Origin: a virus
Lineage: Duplodnaviria > Caudoviricetes
Virus record (IMG/VR): IMGVR_UViG_3300049070_000051
Span: 1 to 31,460 of that record
DNA: 31,460 bases
Reading direction: 5' to 3' (one strand)
How positions within the stretch are numbered: position 1 is the stretch's first letter; every line of letters starts with the position of its first letter. Below, piece after piece: positions 7,195 to 15,597 of the stretch. The translations under genes were made by a program, and so were the position numbers. The notes under the pieces are model-generated. The model was given only the letters and a program-made list of their open reading frames with translations, searched no databases and had not been told where the DNA came from.

Positions 7195-9239
7195 TGGAAC
7201 AGATCGAGATACAGGGAATCGTTTGCTCTTACCGTAGCAAAGAAGAAGGGGAATTCGCCCTTTACGAAAATCTTCCACAGGACGAACAGTATTTCAAAAG
7301 AGTTACTTCGCCTTTCACCGACGATGAACTCATAAATATCGCTAACCGCGAACACAACTACACCGATCTTCAGAAAAAATGGGTTGCCGACCAGAAAGCA
7401 CTTTTCGGTAAAGGGCTGTATGCGTACATCAACGGTGTACTGACTTTTATTCCTGGTGCTTATTGGGCGTATGTAAATTTCTGGACGCTGGAACATGGCG
7501 AGAAGCCGGAGTACCGCGAAGATGACAGGCTGTTTTTTTTATTCCACGAATACCTGCGGCTCGAAACAAATGCGCTTGGCCTTGCCCGTCTGAAAGGTCG
7601 TCGTCAGGGCGCAACATCTATTGCGATGTTTTTCATGTGGTTCATTGGCGGGCGACAGGAACACGCCCTTTGCGGAACGACTTCATTCAACGATGACGCG
7701 GCAGCGAAGAACTTCAGCACCATGTTCGTGTATGGGTTCAAAGCCATGCTGCCCTGCTTTCAGGAAGACTTCGACACCGATTCGGATAAGTTCATACGAT
7801 TCGTCAAACCAGTTGATAAAAAGAAAAAAGGCGTTCTTGCGGTAAAGCGTGAAGGATTGAATAGCTATTGCGATTTCATGTCCAACACCATCAACTCTTA
7901 CGATTCAGGAAGGCAGACCTACAATGTCCCCGACGAGTGGGGCAAGAGACAGAAACTTGATTTCAATTCTTACTGGTCGCGCCTGTATAAAACATTTCTG
8001 GTAGGTTCCAATAAAGTAGGATTTGCGTACCTGCCCTCTACAATGGCAGCAAAAAAAGAAGGTGGCGAAAACGGTAAACTATTTTGGCGCAATGCCAATC
8101 AGTATGCCATTGACCGCAACACCGGAAAGCCTGTTGGCATCAACACATCCAATCGTGTAGTAAGATATTTCGTTCCCGCCACGCTATGTTATTCCGGTTA
8201 CATCGACAAGTTCGGGAAAAGCATTGTCGAAGATCCATCCGAACCCGTCCTGACCAATGAAGGTAAGTATGTAACTGAAGGTTCACGTACCGTTATCCTG
8301 CGTGAACGTGAAAGACTTGAAGGCAATCAGTTGATGGAACACCGAAGGGACTATCCTTTGGACGAATATGACGCTTTTGCTTTCGAGACAGGTTCGTGCG
8401 AATTCATTGAAAAAAATCTGATTGACCGCATTCAGTTTCTTGACGAACATCCTGACATCGCCTTCTGGCGACAAGGGCGTTTGTACACAGAATACGATGA
8501 CAATAAAAAAATGATTGTCAAGTTCGCTGACGACCATAAGGGCGAATGGTTCATTAAGGAATTCCCGATGATTGAAAACGCATACAAGGTTTCAGGCGGC
8601 GGGCAGCATGAAGCACTAAACACGCTTGCATACAGCGGTGGGGCAGATACCTACAAAAACATTTTTGCCGACGAAGGTTCTGAAGGCGTGGTCTGCATCA
8701 CCAGTAAGTCAAGGATAGTGGGCGGAGAAGAAAAAGGATTGCTGCCCGTCGCTTTTTTTGTTGGTCGCCCGCGACTGATACGACAGTTCAACGAACAGGT
8801 TTTTCTTGGGTCGCTATGGTACGGCTGCAAAATCAATTATGAAATAGATGCAGGTTCATGGTTCTGGGAAAACTTTTTGGAATGGAACGCAACCGGACTG
8901 CTTGAATGGACACCTGCAATAGATCTCACCAATAAGAATTTTAAAATAAAGCCTGGAACCGAATCGGGCAACCCATTCCAGTTGGCAAAACAGTTGGAAG
9001 TGGCGAAGATGTATTATGACGGGACAAGCATTGAGAAGTATAACGGGCAGGTACACCGCGTAACATTTGCCCCGCTGCTAAAAGATTCTCTGGCCTACAA
9101 TCACAGCGAACGTACACCGCATCACTTAACCGTTGCATTTATGATGAGTTTGCTGCCAATTCTTTCACAAACTCGTCCGCCGCGTCCACCGCAGGAAAGA
9201 AAAATTCAAATCATGCCAACGTATAAAATCAAAGTATAG
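7194..9239 (+). CDS. terL: Terminase large subunit
   Basis: Walker A-like LKGRRQGATS, Walker B YNVPDEWGK, motif III LPST, RRDYPLDEYDAF linker, and an RNase H-like nuclease domain (GGADTY, NYEID). Confidence 0.88.
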   Translation: MEQIEIQGIVCSYRSKEEGEFALYENLPQDEQYFKRVTSPFTDDELINIANREHNYTDLQKKWVADQKALFGKGLYAYINGVLTFIPGAYWAYVNFWTLEHGEKPEYREDDRLFFLFHEYLRLETNALGLARLKGRRQGATSIAMFFMWFIGGRQEHALCGTTSFNDDAAAKNFSTMFVYGFKAMLPCFQEDFDTDSDKFIRFVKPVDKKKKGVLAVKREGLNSYCDFMSNTINSYDSGRQTYNVPDEWGKRQKLDFNSYWSRLYKTFLVGSNKVGFAYLPSTMAAKKEGGENGKLFWRNANQYAIDRNTGKPVGINTSNRVVRYFVPATLCYSGYIDKFGKSIVEDPSEPVLTNEGKYVTEGSRTVILRERERLEGNQLMEHRRDYPLDEYDAFAFETGSCEFIEKNLIDRIQFLDEHPDIAFWRQGRLYTEYDDNKKMIVKFADDHKGEWFIKEFPMIENAYKVSGGGQHEALNTLAYSGGADTYKNIFADEGSEGVVCITSKSRIVGGEEKGLLPVAFFVGRPRLIRQFNEQVFLGSLWYGCKINYEIDAGSWFWENFLEWNATGLLEWTPAIDLTNKNFKIKPGTESGNPFQLAKQLEVAKMYYDGTSIEKYNGQVHRVTFAPLLKDSLAYNHSERTPHHLTVAFMMSLLPILSQTRPPRPPQERKIQIMPTYKIKV

Positions 9240-9293
9240 TGCCTAAGCGTTTATACTTATTTGTCAAATATTTATCGTTTCAATTTTGCGATT

Positions 9294-9325
9294 TTTGAAA
9301 TCCGTAATAAAAAAGTCTACATTTG
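9294..9325 (+). promoter_or_regulatory. Bacteroidota primary-sigma promoter (-33/-7) upstream of the scaffold-capsid genes
   Basis: TTTG (9294-9297), 20 nt, then TACATTTG (9318-9325). Exact match to TTTG-N19-21-TAnnTTTG in an AT-rich intergenic region. Confidence 0.75.
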
Positions 9326-9353
9326 TTTATACATAACCCCTTCCCTATTTCGT

Positions 9354-10457
9354 ATGGAAACCACCGTTGAGGAAATTAAGCAGCAAGTGTTTGGCATACA
9401 ACCCGCACCTGCAACCGAAAAACCCGCTGAAACGTCAGCGTCAACCGAAACCGCTTCAACCGAAGGCGGTTCTACTTCTCCCGAAACATCTGACACTACA
9501 GTTAATCAGGACGGCGCAATCAATCAGCCCGCAGCAATCACGCCCGATTATTCTGCATATCTAAAAGAAACTTTTGGCGTAGAGAAAGCCGACGACATCA
9601 AATCGCAGCTTGCCCGCGTACAACAGTTGGAAGCGCAGGCGCAGACACCAGCAGAATACCAGTTTGCCAATGAACAGGCGAAACTTCTTGCCAATGCCAT
9701 TAATTCTGGCAACTTTCAACCGCTGAAAGAATATGTGGATACGCAACTGATGCTGTCCAACACCGAAGGAATGACTGAAGAACAAAAGCTGAAACTCAAA
9801 ATAAAAATGGAGAATCCGCTTTTCAGTGATGCTTTGGTGCAGGAAGAATATGACGAAGTGTATGGCGTGGACGAAGATGCCGACGAAAGAGCGAAGTTGA
9901 AGATTCAGCAGAAGCGCATGAACGATGTGAACGCTGCCCAACAGTTGTTCAATGACAAAAAATCAAAAGTTGTTTTACCCGAAATAAAAGCCCAGACAAA
10001 CGAAGATCCTGAATACACTGCCTGGAAAGCAAACCAGGAAAGGCAGAACGCAGACAGGACAGAGAATGAAACGGCTTATACCAAAATCAGTCCGAAGGAC
10101 ATAACAAACACATTCAAGTTTAATGATGAAGCCAATAAACTTGCATTCGATGTTTCGTATGAGCCTGACGCGGAAAGTTTTGGTGAAGTGCTTAATACTG
10201 TTATGGACGATCAAAAATTTCTTTCGATGTACGCGAATCAGGATGGAAGCCTTGACCGCGCTGCATTCTTAAAAGACATTTACAATGCCCGTAACCTTGA
10301 TAAAATCGTGAACCAAGCAATTGTGCAAGCGGTTAATCAAACAAAAGCATGGTATCTCAAAACCCAAAAGAACATCACGGATACTGGCGTGAGAAATTTC
10401 GACACACCAGAGCCTACAGATGTTGACAGGTTGAGAGGTCAGATTTTCGGGAAGTAA
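9354..10457 (+). CDS. Putative capsid scaffolding/assembly protein
   Basis: Acidic protein with a low-complexity N-terminus and a helical core, directly upstream of the major capsid gene. Start set at ATG 9354 (METTVEE), downstream of the promoter. The track's TTG 9261 extension runs through the promoter. Confidence 0.65.
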   Translation: METTVEEIKQQVFGIQPAPATEKPAETSASTETASTEGGSTSPETSDTTVNQDGAINQPAAITPDYSAYLKETFGVEKADDIKSQLARVQQLEAQAQTPAEYQFANEQAKLLANAINSGNFQPLKEYVDTQLMLSNTEGMTEEQKLKLKIKMENPLFSDALVQEEYDEVYGVDEDADERAKLKIQQKRMNDVNAAQQLFNDKKSKVVLPEIKAQTNEDPEYTAWKANQERQNADRTENETAYTKISPKDITNTFKFNDEANKLAFDVSYEPDAESFGEVLNTVMDDQKFLSMYANQDGSLDRAAFLKDIYNARNLDKIVNQAIVQAVNQTKAWYLKTQKNITDTGVRNFDTPEPTDVDRLRGQIFGK

Positions 10458-10471
10458 CAGCCTTGTTTTAG

Positions 10472-10511
10472 AATCCAATATCCAAATCATCCTTAAAATC
10501 CAAAAATCCAA
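10472..10511 (+). repeat. Five ATCC(AA) units in the capsid-gene leader
   Basis: AATCCAATATCCAAATCATCCTTAAAATCCAAAAATCCAA immediately before ATG 10512. Confidence 0.7.
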
Positions 10512-11930
10512 ATGGCTTCAGCAGTTATAAATCCAGCGTTAGGTGCGCCAGGACCCGTCACCTACCCATCGGGCGCGACAAACGCCGCCCTGTTCAATGA
10601 CATGAACATCATCATCCCCGATCTTATACCAGAACTGTTCGACAGATATGGTGCAGAGAACTACGGGATGCTTCTCGATTTCATGGGTCCAATCGGCGGA
10701 GTAATGCGCTCTGTTACCGAAAAGACAGTTTCAAAAACACGCCTTTTCGACCATTATGAAAAAGGTCGTGCATTCCCTTCAGGTATTGTGAATGCTGATG
10801 TTACTGGCGCAACTGCCGGAGCATCCATCACCATCACCCTGAAAGTCGCTTCGCACACTAACGCAGGAACAGAATCAGGTTTCCGCGCAGGCGACATCGG
10901 TTTCATCGGTTCAACAGGTGTGAAATTTCAGGTAGGAACAGTAACACGCACCACAAATGCGTTCACGGTAGTTCTGAAACCTGTCAACACACTTCAGACA
11001 ATGGCATCTGCTGGTCAGGCTTCAACCTGTCTTGCTAACGAAACTTTACTTCTGGTGGGCAACCAAGCAGCAGGTGAAGGTTCTGATGCAATGCTTGGAT
11101 TAAGCACTATCATCTACAAGATAGAAAACAGCACCACAGAAATCCGTGATGACTACCAAATCACTGACGTTGCAAAAATGAATGCTACCCCAATCAACTT
11201 TGGCGGTGGAAATTACTCTTACTACAAACTTGCCCAGACCGAATTCAACAAGCGGTATATGTATTCTGTAGAGAATGCAGTTATCGAAGGTGTTGATGCG
11301 GACAACTTGGGTTCCGGTACTGTAGGTACTGACGGCGTGATTCCAACAGTGGAAGCAAGCGGTTCTGAAATTGATTACACAGTTGGCGCAATGACGATCT
11401 CTGATCTTCAGGCTTGCGTTCGTGTATGGCAGAACAACGGTGGCCCTTCAGAGTACCATATCCTTCAGGAAACAAACCAACAGGACGATGTTGACAACCT
11501 GCTTTTCGGCAAGTACAACAACGGCGCAATCCGTTACGCTTCTGTAGGCGCAAATGAAACTGCATCCGTTTCTTACGGGTTCAAATCATTCAGCGTGAAA
11601 GGTGTTTCCATTCACTTCTGGGTGTACAAGAACTTCTCTGTACCGACTGTGTACGGTCTGACCCCTTCACTTGGTTACAAAAAACAGAACTACGGTCTTG
11701 CGATTCCGCAGGGTGTGGTTGCTGATGCCAATGACGGTGCGCTTCGCCCGAATATGCAGTGGGTTTATCAGGAACCTACACCTGGAGTTCGTTTCCAGAC
11801 ATGGGAAACTGGTGGTATGGCGGCTGCGAACAAAACATCTGTTGCTAAACTGAATCTTCATCAGTTGTGCAAGGTGGGTGGACGCACGATTGCACCACAG
11901 CAGTTCAGTGTATTTAAAGGGAGCTACTAA
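10512..11930 (+). CDS. Major capsid protein (HK97 fold, crAss-like)
   Basis: 472 aa, following the scaffold-like gene. Segments FDHYEKGR, NSTTEIRDDYQITD, YSVENAVIEG, GTDGVIPTV, YGFKSF. Contains a beta-rich insertion domain. Confidence 0.8.
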   Translation: MASAVINPALGAPGPVTYPSGATNAALFNDMNIIIPDLIPELFDRYGAENYGMLLDFMGPIGGVMRSVTEKTVSKTRLFDHYEKGRAFPSGIVNADVTGATAGASITITLKVASHTNAGTESGFRAGDIGFIGSTGVKFQVGTVTRTTNAFTVVLKPVNTLQTMASAGQASTCLANETLLLVGNQAAGEGSDAMLGLSTIIYKIENSTTEIRDDYQITDVAKMNATPINFGGGNYSYYKLAQTEFNKRYMYSVENAVIEGVDADNLGSGTVGTDGVIPTVEASGSEIDYTVGAMTISDLQACVRVWQNNGGPSEYHILQETNQQDDVDNLLFGKYNNGAIRYASVGANETASVSYGFKSFSVKGVSIHFWVYKNFSVPTVYGLTPSLGYKKQNYGLAIPQGVVADANDGALRPNMQWVYQEPTPGVRFQTWETGGMAAANKTSVAKLNLHQLCKVGGRTIAPQQFSVFKGSY

Positions 11931-11936
11931 TCAACG

Positions 11937-11963
11937 AGTTGCGCAGTTTGCGCTTGTGCAACT
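11937..11963 (+). other. Stem-loop immediately after the capsid stop codon
   Basis: AGTTGCGCA (11937-11945) pairs with TGTGCAACT (11955-11963), with one G-U pair. Confidence 0.5.
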
Positions 11964-11986
11964 TAGTTTAATAATCTTTTCAATCT

Positions 11987-12024
11987 GGGTACTACGGTGG
12001 GCGCAAAACGCCGTAGCCCTTTTT
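11987..12024 (+). terminator. Probable intrinsic terminator or attenuator after the capsid gene
   Basis: Bulged GC-rich stem (GGG..CTACG..GCG/CAAAA/CGC-CGTAG-CCC) followed by TTTTT. Confidence 0.5.
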
Positions 12025-12031
12025 GAAAAAA

Positions 12032-12586
12032 ATGGAACAGGAAATTTGGAAGCCCATTAAAGGATATGAAGGATACTATGAAGTATCTAACATGGGTCGA
12101 ATAAAAAGTCTTTCCAAAAGTTGGGTGACAGGTGAACGGTGGGGCGTAAGAACAAAAGAAGAAAGTTTTTTGAAATTCGGGCTTGCGAAACGACAGAAGA
12201 CCAATTATTACCGAGTGGTACTTTGTGTTGATAAGGCGAAACTGAATAAGTCAGTTCATCGGATAGTCGCAGAGCATTTTTGCGACAACCCTAACAACCT
12301 AAATGTTGTAAATCACTTGAATTCAAACCCGCTTGACAATCGGGCTGACAACCTCGAATGGACTACAGCCAAAGGAAATGTGCTTCATTCATATACAAGC
12401 GGAAATAGAGTTTCAATGAGTGGAATACGAAACGGGAATGCGAGGCTAACAGAATCACAAGTGTTGGAAATAAGATCGCTTCATGCGAAAGGAAATATTG
12501 AACACCTTGATCTTGCGGAAATGTATGGGATTGCCCGATCTGCAATAACAAGAATCGTCAATAGACAACGGTGGAAACATATTTAA
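12032..12586 (+). CDS. NUMOD4-HNH homing endonuclease with C-terminal helix-turn-helix
   Basis: NUMOD4 EIWKPIKGYEGYYEVSNMGRIKS; HNH VHRIVA...VNHLNSNPLDNRADNLEW; HTH LAEMYGIARSAITRIV. ATG 12032 preferred over TTG 12023. Confidence 0.9.
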   Translation: MEQEIWKPIKGYEGYYEVSNMGRIKSLSKSWVTGERWGVRTKEESFLKFGLAKRQKTNYYRVVLCVDKAKLNKSVHRIVAEHFCDNPNNLNVVNHLNSNPLDNRADNLEWTTAKGNVLHSYTSGNRVSMSGIRNGNARLTESQVLEIRSLHAKGNIEHLDLAEMYGIARSAITRIVNRQRWKHI

Positions 12587-12609
12587 TCACAATCTAAAAT
12601 TCAAATGTC

Positions 12610-13473
12610 ATGGCAACAGACACAGTGGGCAAAAAAGAGCCAGTAGCGACAAAGAACCTTTTCGGTAAACCGAAAGAGGCAACAGCGGTCATCTATAGGA
12701 TGATACACGAAAACAAAAGAAAGCGTCCTGACACACCACGCTTTCCACCTTACAAAAGATTTCCCAATTACGATGTGATTGTGGAAGAAACCGGAACCAG
12801 AGCGATCAGATGGTTGCCTGGGGAAAAAAGTATTTATGTGGACGAGCAGGAAGCGAATGGTCGCGTAATACCTGAATCGACACTGAACAACCCTAACAAC
12901 CGCTTTGAAATTATCGACGGCGACGTAAACGTTAAGCCGCACGAAAAGACAAAGATTGAGTTCTTGGACAAATGCAACCGCAACGCGGACAGCAAGCATC
13001 GCACTGGAAAACAGGAAGCGATTTTTGCCAAGTACACGCCGGACCGCGAAGCAAAAGAACTTGTCGAATTGCTGAATAAAAAAGCGGAAGCGATGAAACT
13101 TGCCCAATCAGCAGACGACGACCAACTGGTGTACCATGTGAACGAATTGAAGATTCGTCTGATAGACGATGAAACCGGACAGAGCCGTGAAGAATCTGCT
13201 ATTCGCGCAGACTACTTGGCGGTAGCGATTGATGATCCGAAACGTTTCTTGGACACATTTGACAACGACGAATTGAAGGACAAGGCTGCTATTAAAAGAG
13301 CCATTGCAAAACAAATAATTTCAGTTGCCCTTATTCCAGGCAAGATTGCGTGGACAGAAATAAACGAGGCGATATGCGATCTTGAAGCCGGAAAAGCACC
13401 CGTTGAAACACTGTATGCGCTGGGCAAAACAAAAGCAGGCGCAGCCATGATGAAGCGGTTAAGGGAACTGTAA
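12610..13473 (+). CDS. Conserved virion-module protein that follows the capsid gene in crAss-like phages
   Basis: Position, plus the pattern RAIRW..GEKSIYVDEQ...IIDGDVNV and a helical C-terminal half. Function not established. Confidence 0.6.
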   Translation: MATDTVGKKEPVATKNLFGKPKEATAVIYRMIHENKRKRPDTPRFPPYKRFPNYDVIVEETGTRAIRWLPGEKSIYVDEQEANGRVIPESTLNNPNNRFEIIDGDVNVKPHEKTKIEFLDKCNRNADSKHRTGKQEAIFAKYTPDREAKELVELLNKKAEAMKLAQSADDDQLVYHVNELKIRLIDDETGQSREESAIRADYLAVAIDDPKRFLDTFDNDELKDKAAIKRAIAKQIISVALIPGKIAWTEINEAICDLEAGKAPVETLYALGKTKAGAAMMKRLREL

Positions 13474-13510
13474 AAGCAGTTCTTTACATTGAAAAACCAT
13501 TGTTCAAATT

Positions 13511-13540
13511 AAGTCCTTACTTAACTGTAGGGACTTTTTT
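13511..13540 (+). terminator. Rho-independent terminator
   Basis: AAGTCCTTAC-ttaact-GTAGGGACTT stem followed by a T run. Confidence 0.8.
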
Positions 13541-13557
13541 CTAAAATCTAATATCTG

Positions 13558-14226
13558 ATGGCATGGAGCGTGGACGACATATTTTCCTTCAGCAAGCACC
13601 TAATCAACAAGGCGCAACGCGGCGAATATACACCCGCAGCTTTTTATTTATTCTGGAATGCAGAGCAACGTTCATTTCAGCAGGATTTGTTGGGCAGGTT
13701 TCAGGAAGCAAAGCAAAATCACGGCGCAGGCGTTATCGTAAATACGCCCGTACTCAAATCCCTTACGCCGTTCATTAAAAAAGTAACCGTCGTTCCGGCA
13801 AGCGGCGTGGTGGCGTACCCATCAGATTTCAAATCAGAACTTGCCCTTCGCGCCAATGGATACCGCGTGATTCACTTTAACCCGAACCAGCGCACCGCAA
13901 TAACCGATAGCGTGATAGACCCGCCAAGCGTTGCGGACAACAAATACTACTACACCGAATACAATAATGGCTTTGAAGTGCTGCCCGCAGCGACCCCTTC
14001 TGTGATAATAGATTACATCGCTGATTGCAGGGATGTGGTATGGGGATACATCAACGATGCGGCAACGGATCTTCCGACATACAGCGCAGGGACAAGTACG
14101 CAGCCGCAGTGGAACAATGGCGACGTAGCGGAGATTACAAAGCGCACACTCAAACTATTGGGCGTACACTTTTCAGACAGAGACTTTACCAATTTTGGGC
14201 AGTCAGTACAAAACGCAGGTAAATAA
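13558..14226 (+). CDS. Putative tail ring/adaptor protein
   Basis: About 220 aa, with helical termini around a beta core (YPSDF, IDYIA, VVWGY). First of three similar-sized genes before the muzzle-like gene. Confidence 0.6.
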   Translation: MAWSVDDIFSFSKHLINKAQRGEYTPAAFYLFWNAEQRSFQQDLLGRFQEAKQNHGAGVIVNTPVLKSLTPFIKKVTVVPASGVVAYPSDFKSELALRANGYRVIHFNPNQRTAITDSVIDPPSVADNKYYYTEYNNGFEVLPAATPSVIIDYIADCRDVVWGYINDAATDLPTYSAGTSTQPQWNNGDVAEITKRTLKLLGVHFSDRDFTNFGQSVQNAGK

Positions 14227-14876
14227 TGGCAGTCGCATACACGGTAAAAATGTTGATTGAAAGGATTCGCATACACATGGCGAATAATTTTCCGTCCGAT
14301 GAAAGTTCGCTGTCGATCAATCAGGTATTGCTCCACGTTAGTCAGGCGTTATCGTTTAACATGGTGGGGCAGGTTTATGCGGGCGCAAAGCTGGAAGGGC
14401 TGCTTGATATGCCGGAAGGCTATCTGGCAACCTATTCACTCACGCTGACAAAAGATGAAGCGACGCGCAACTGGTACGGGGATCTTCCGCACCCGCCCGT
14501 ATCGCTGCCCATCCACACGGCTATCAAGGAAGTGTATTTCGCTTCTTCAGCAGAAGGACAAAGCGACTCTGTAATGCTCATTAAGGGCAGGCGTGTTGCA
14601 TTCCGCAGGTTCATGCCGCTACCAAATGGCAACCGCGCATGGCTTGACGGCAGCAGAATCATTGTCGCATCAAGCAACGGCAATGGGTTTTTAGATAAAA
14701 CATTGTACGTGCGCATGGCGAAGTCGCGTGTGACCGACATTACCGAAGATTTGAATATTCCAGATGATGCAATCGAAGCGATTTTTACCAGCGTGACCAA
14801 AAAATTATCAGAGCGATTCAATACACCGCAGGACGTTGTGAAAGACGATGTGCCCGCAGGAAATAAAGCAGGATAG
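14226..14876 (+). CDS. Putative tail ring protein
   Basis: TAATG overlap. 216 aa with the same helix-beta-helix layout (DLPHPPVSLP; LNIPDD; C-terminal PQDVVKD). Confidence 0.6.
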   Translation: MAVAYTVKMLIERIRIHMANNFPSDESSLSINQVLLHVSQALSFNMVGQVYAGAKLEGLLDMPEGYLATYSLTLTKDEATRNWYGDLPHPPVSLPIHTAIKEVYFASSAEGQSDSVMLIKGRRVAFRRFMPLPNGNRAWLDGSRIIVASSNGNGFLDKTLYVRMAKSRVTDITEDLNIPDDAIEAIFTSVTKKLSERFNTPQDVVKDDVPAGNKAG

Positions 14877-14878
14877 AC

Positions 14879-15592
14879 ATGAATGACATCAGACAATATA
14901 TTCCCTTAATGCAGGTAGTGGCGATGGCACTCGACGAGGATCAAAAGGAAGACATTGACCGCTATTGGGTTTTTGGATTTCGCGCATTAAACGATATTCA
15001 CCGCAGGTCAACAGCGGAACCAAAATCTGCCCGTCTGCCTGTATCTGAAAATGGTACGGTCACTATTCCAAGTGATAGTATCAAGTGGACAAAGGTAGGA
15101 GTGATGGGCGACGATGGACACATTGTAACGCTTGCCATCAACAATTCGCTGACAACATTTCGCTCTACCAATCCTGCCCGTCTGGATAAACTTGGTGCAG
15201 ATGTGCAAGATCCACTGCCCGACGATGCTTACTTCCTGAACTACTTTAACGGCACTTCGTATTCGCAGATAGGGTGCAATAACGGACAGTTGCTTCAGCC
15301 AGGGGAATTCAAAGTGGACGAAACAAACAACATCATTGTCCTGCCTCCTTCATACGCATACAGCGATATTTATTTGGAATATATCAGCGCACCACAGCGT
15401 GATAAGGACTATCAGATTGAGCAGTGTTGTCAGGAAGCGGTGATTGCTTTTATCCGCTGGAAAGCAAAGACAGGACCGGAAGTGGATTACTATAACAGGT
15501 TGCGGGAAGCACGAAGAATGCTTGCCCCTATACGCTTGCAGGTCATCAATCAAGTTATCAGAGAAAATCACGGTTGGAAAATCAAGGCATAA
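14879..15592 (+). CDS. Putative tail tubular/ring protein
   Basis: 237 aa. VTIPSDSIKWTKVG, IYLEYIS, EAVIAFIRW, YYNRLREAR. Directly precedes the large stabilisation protein, as in podoviruses. Confidence 0.62.
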   Translation: MNDIRQYIPLMQVVAMALDEDQKEDIDRYWVFGFRALNDIHRRSTAEPKSARLPVSENGTVTIPSDSIKWTKVGVMGDDGHIVTLAINNSLTTFRSTNPARLDKLGADVQDPLPDDAYFLNYFNGTSYSQIGCNNGQLLQPGEFKVDETNNIIVLPPSYAYSDIYLEYISAPQRDKDYQIEQCCQEAVIAFIRWKAKTGPEVDYYNRLREARRMLAPIRLQVINQVIRENHGWKIKA

Positions 15593-15597
15593 ATTAA

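Noticed and set aside
6469-7278. 269-aa minus-strand Cys-rich ORF
   Set aside because: It is the antisense shadow of the CAG/CAA-rich portal tail. The poly-Cys comes from reverse-complemented Gln codons.
9261-9353. Track's N-terminal extension of the scaffold gene (likewise 2558-2605 and 3204-3275)
   Set aside because: The extensions cross a promoter or overlap upstream genes. Downstream ATGs give coupled starts at the domain boundaries.
11931-12609. Group I intron around the HNH gene
   Set aside because: Both flanking genes look complete, and the non-coding flanks (about 100 and 23 nt) are too short for a ribozyme core.
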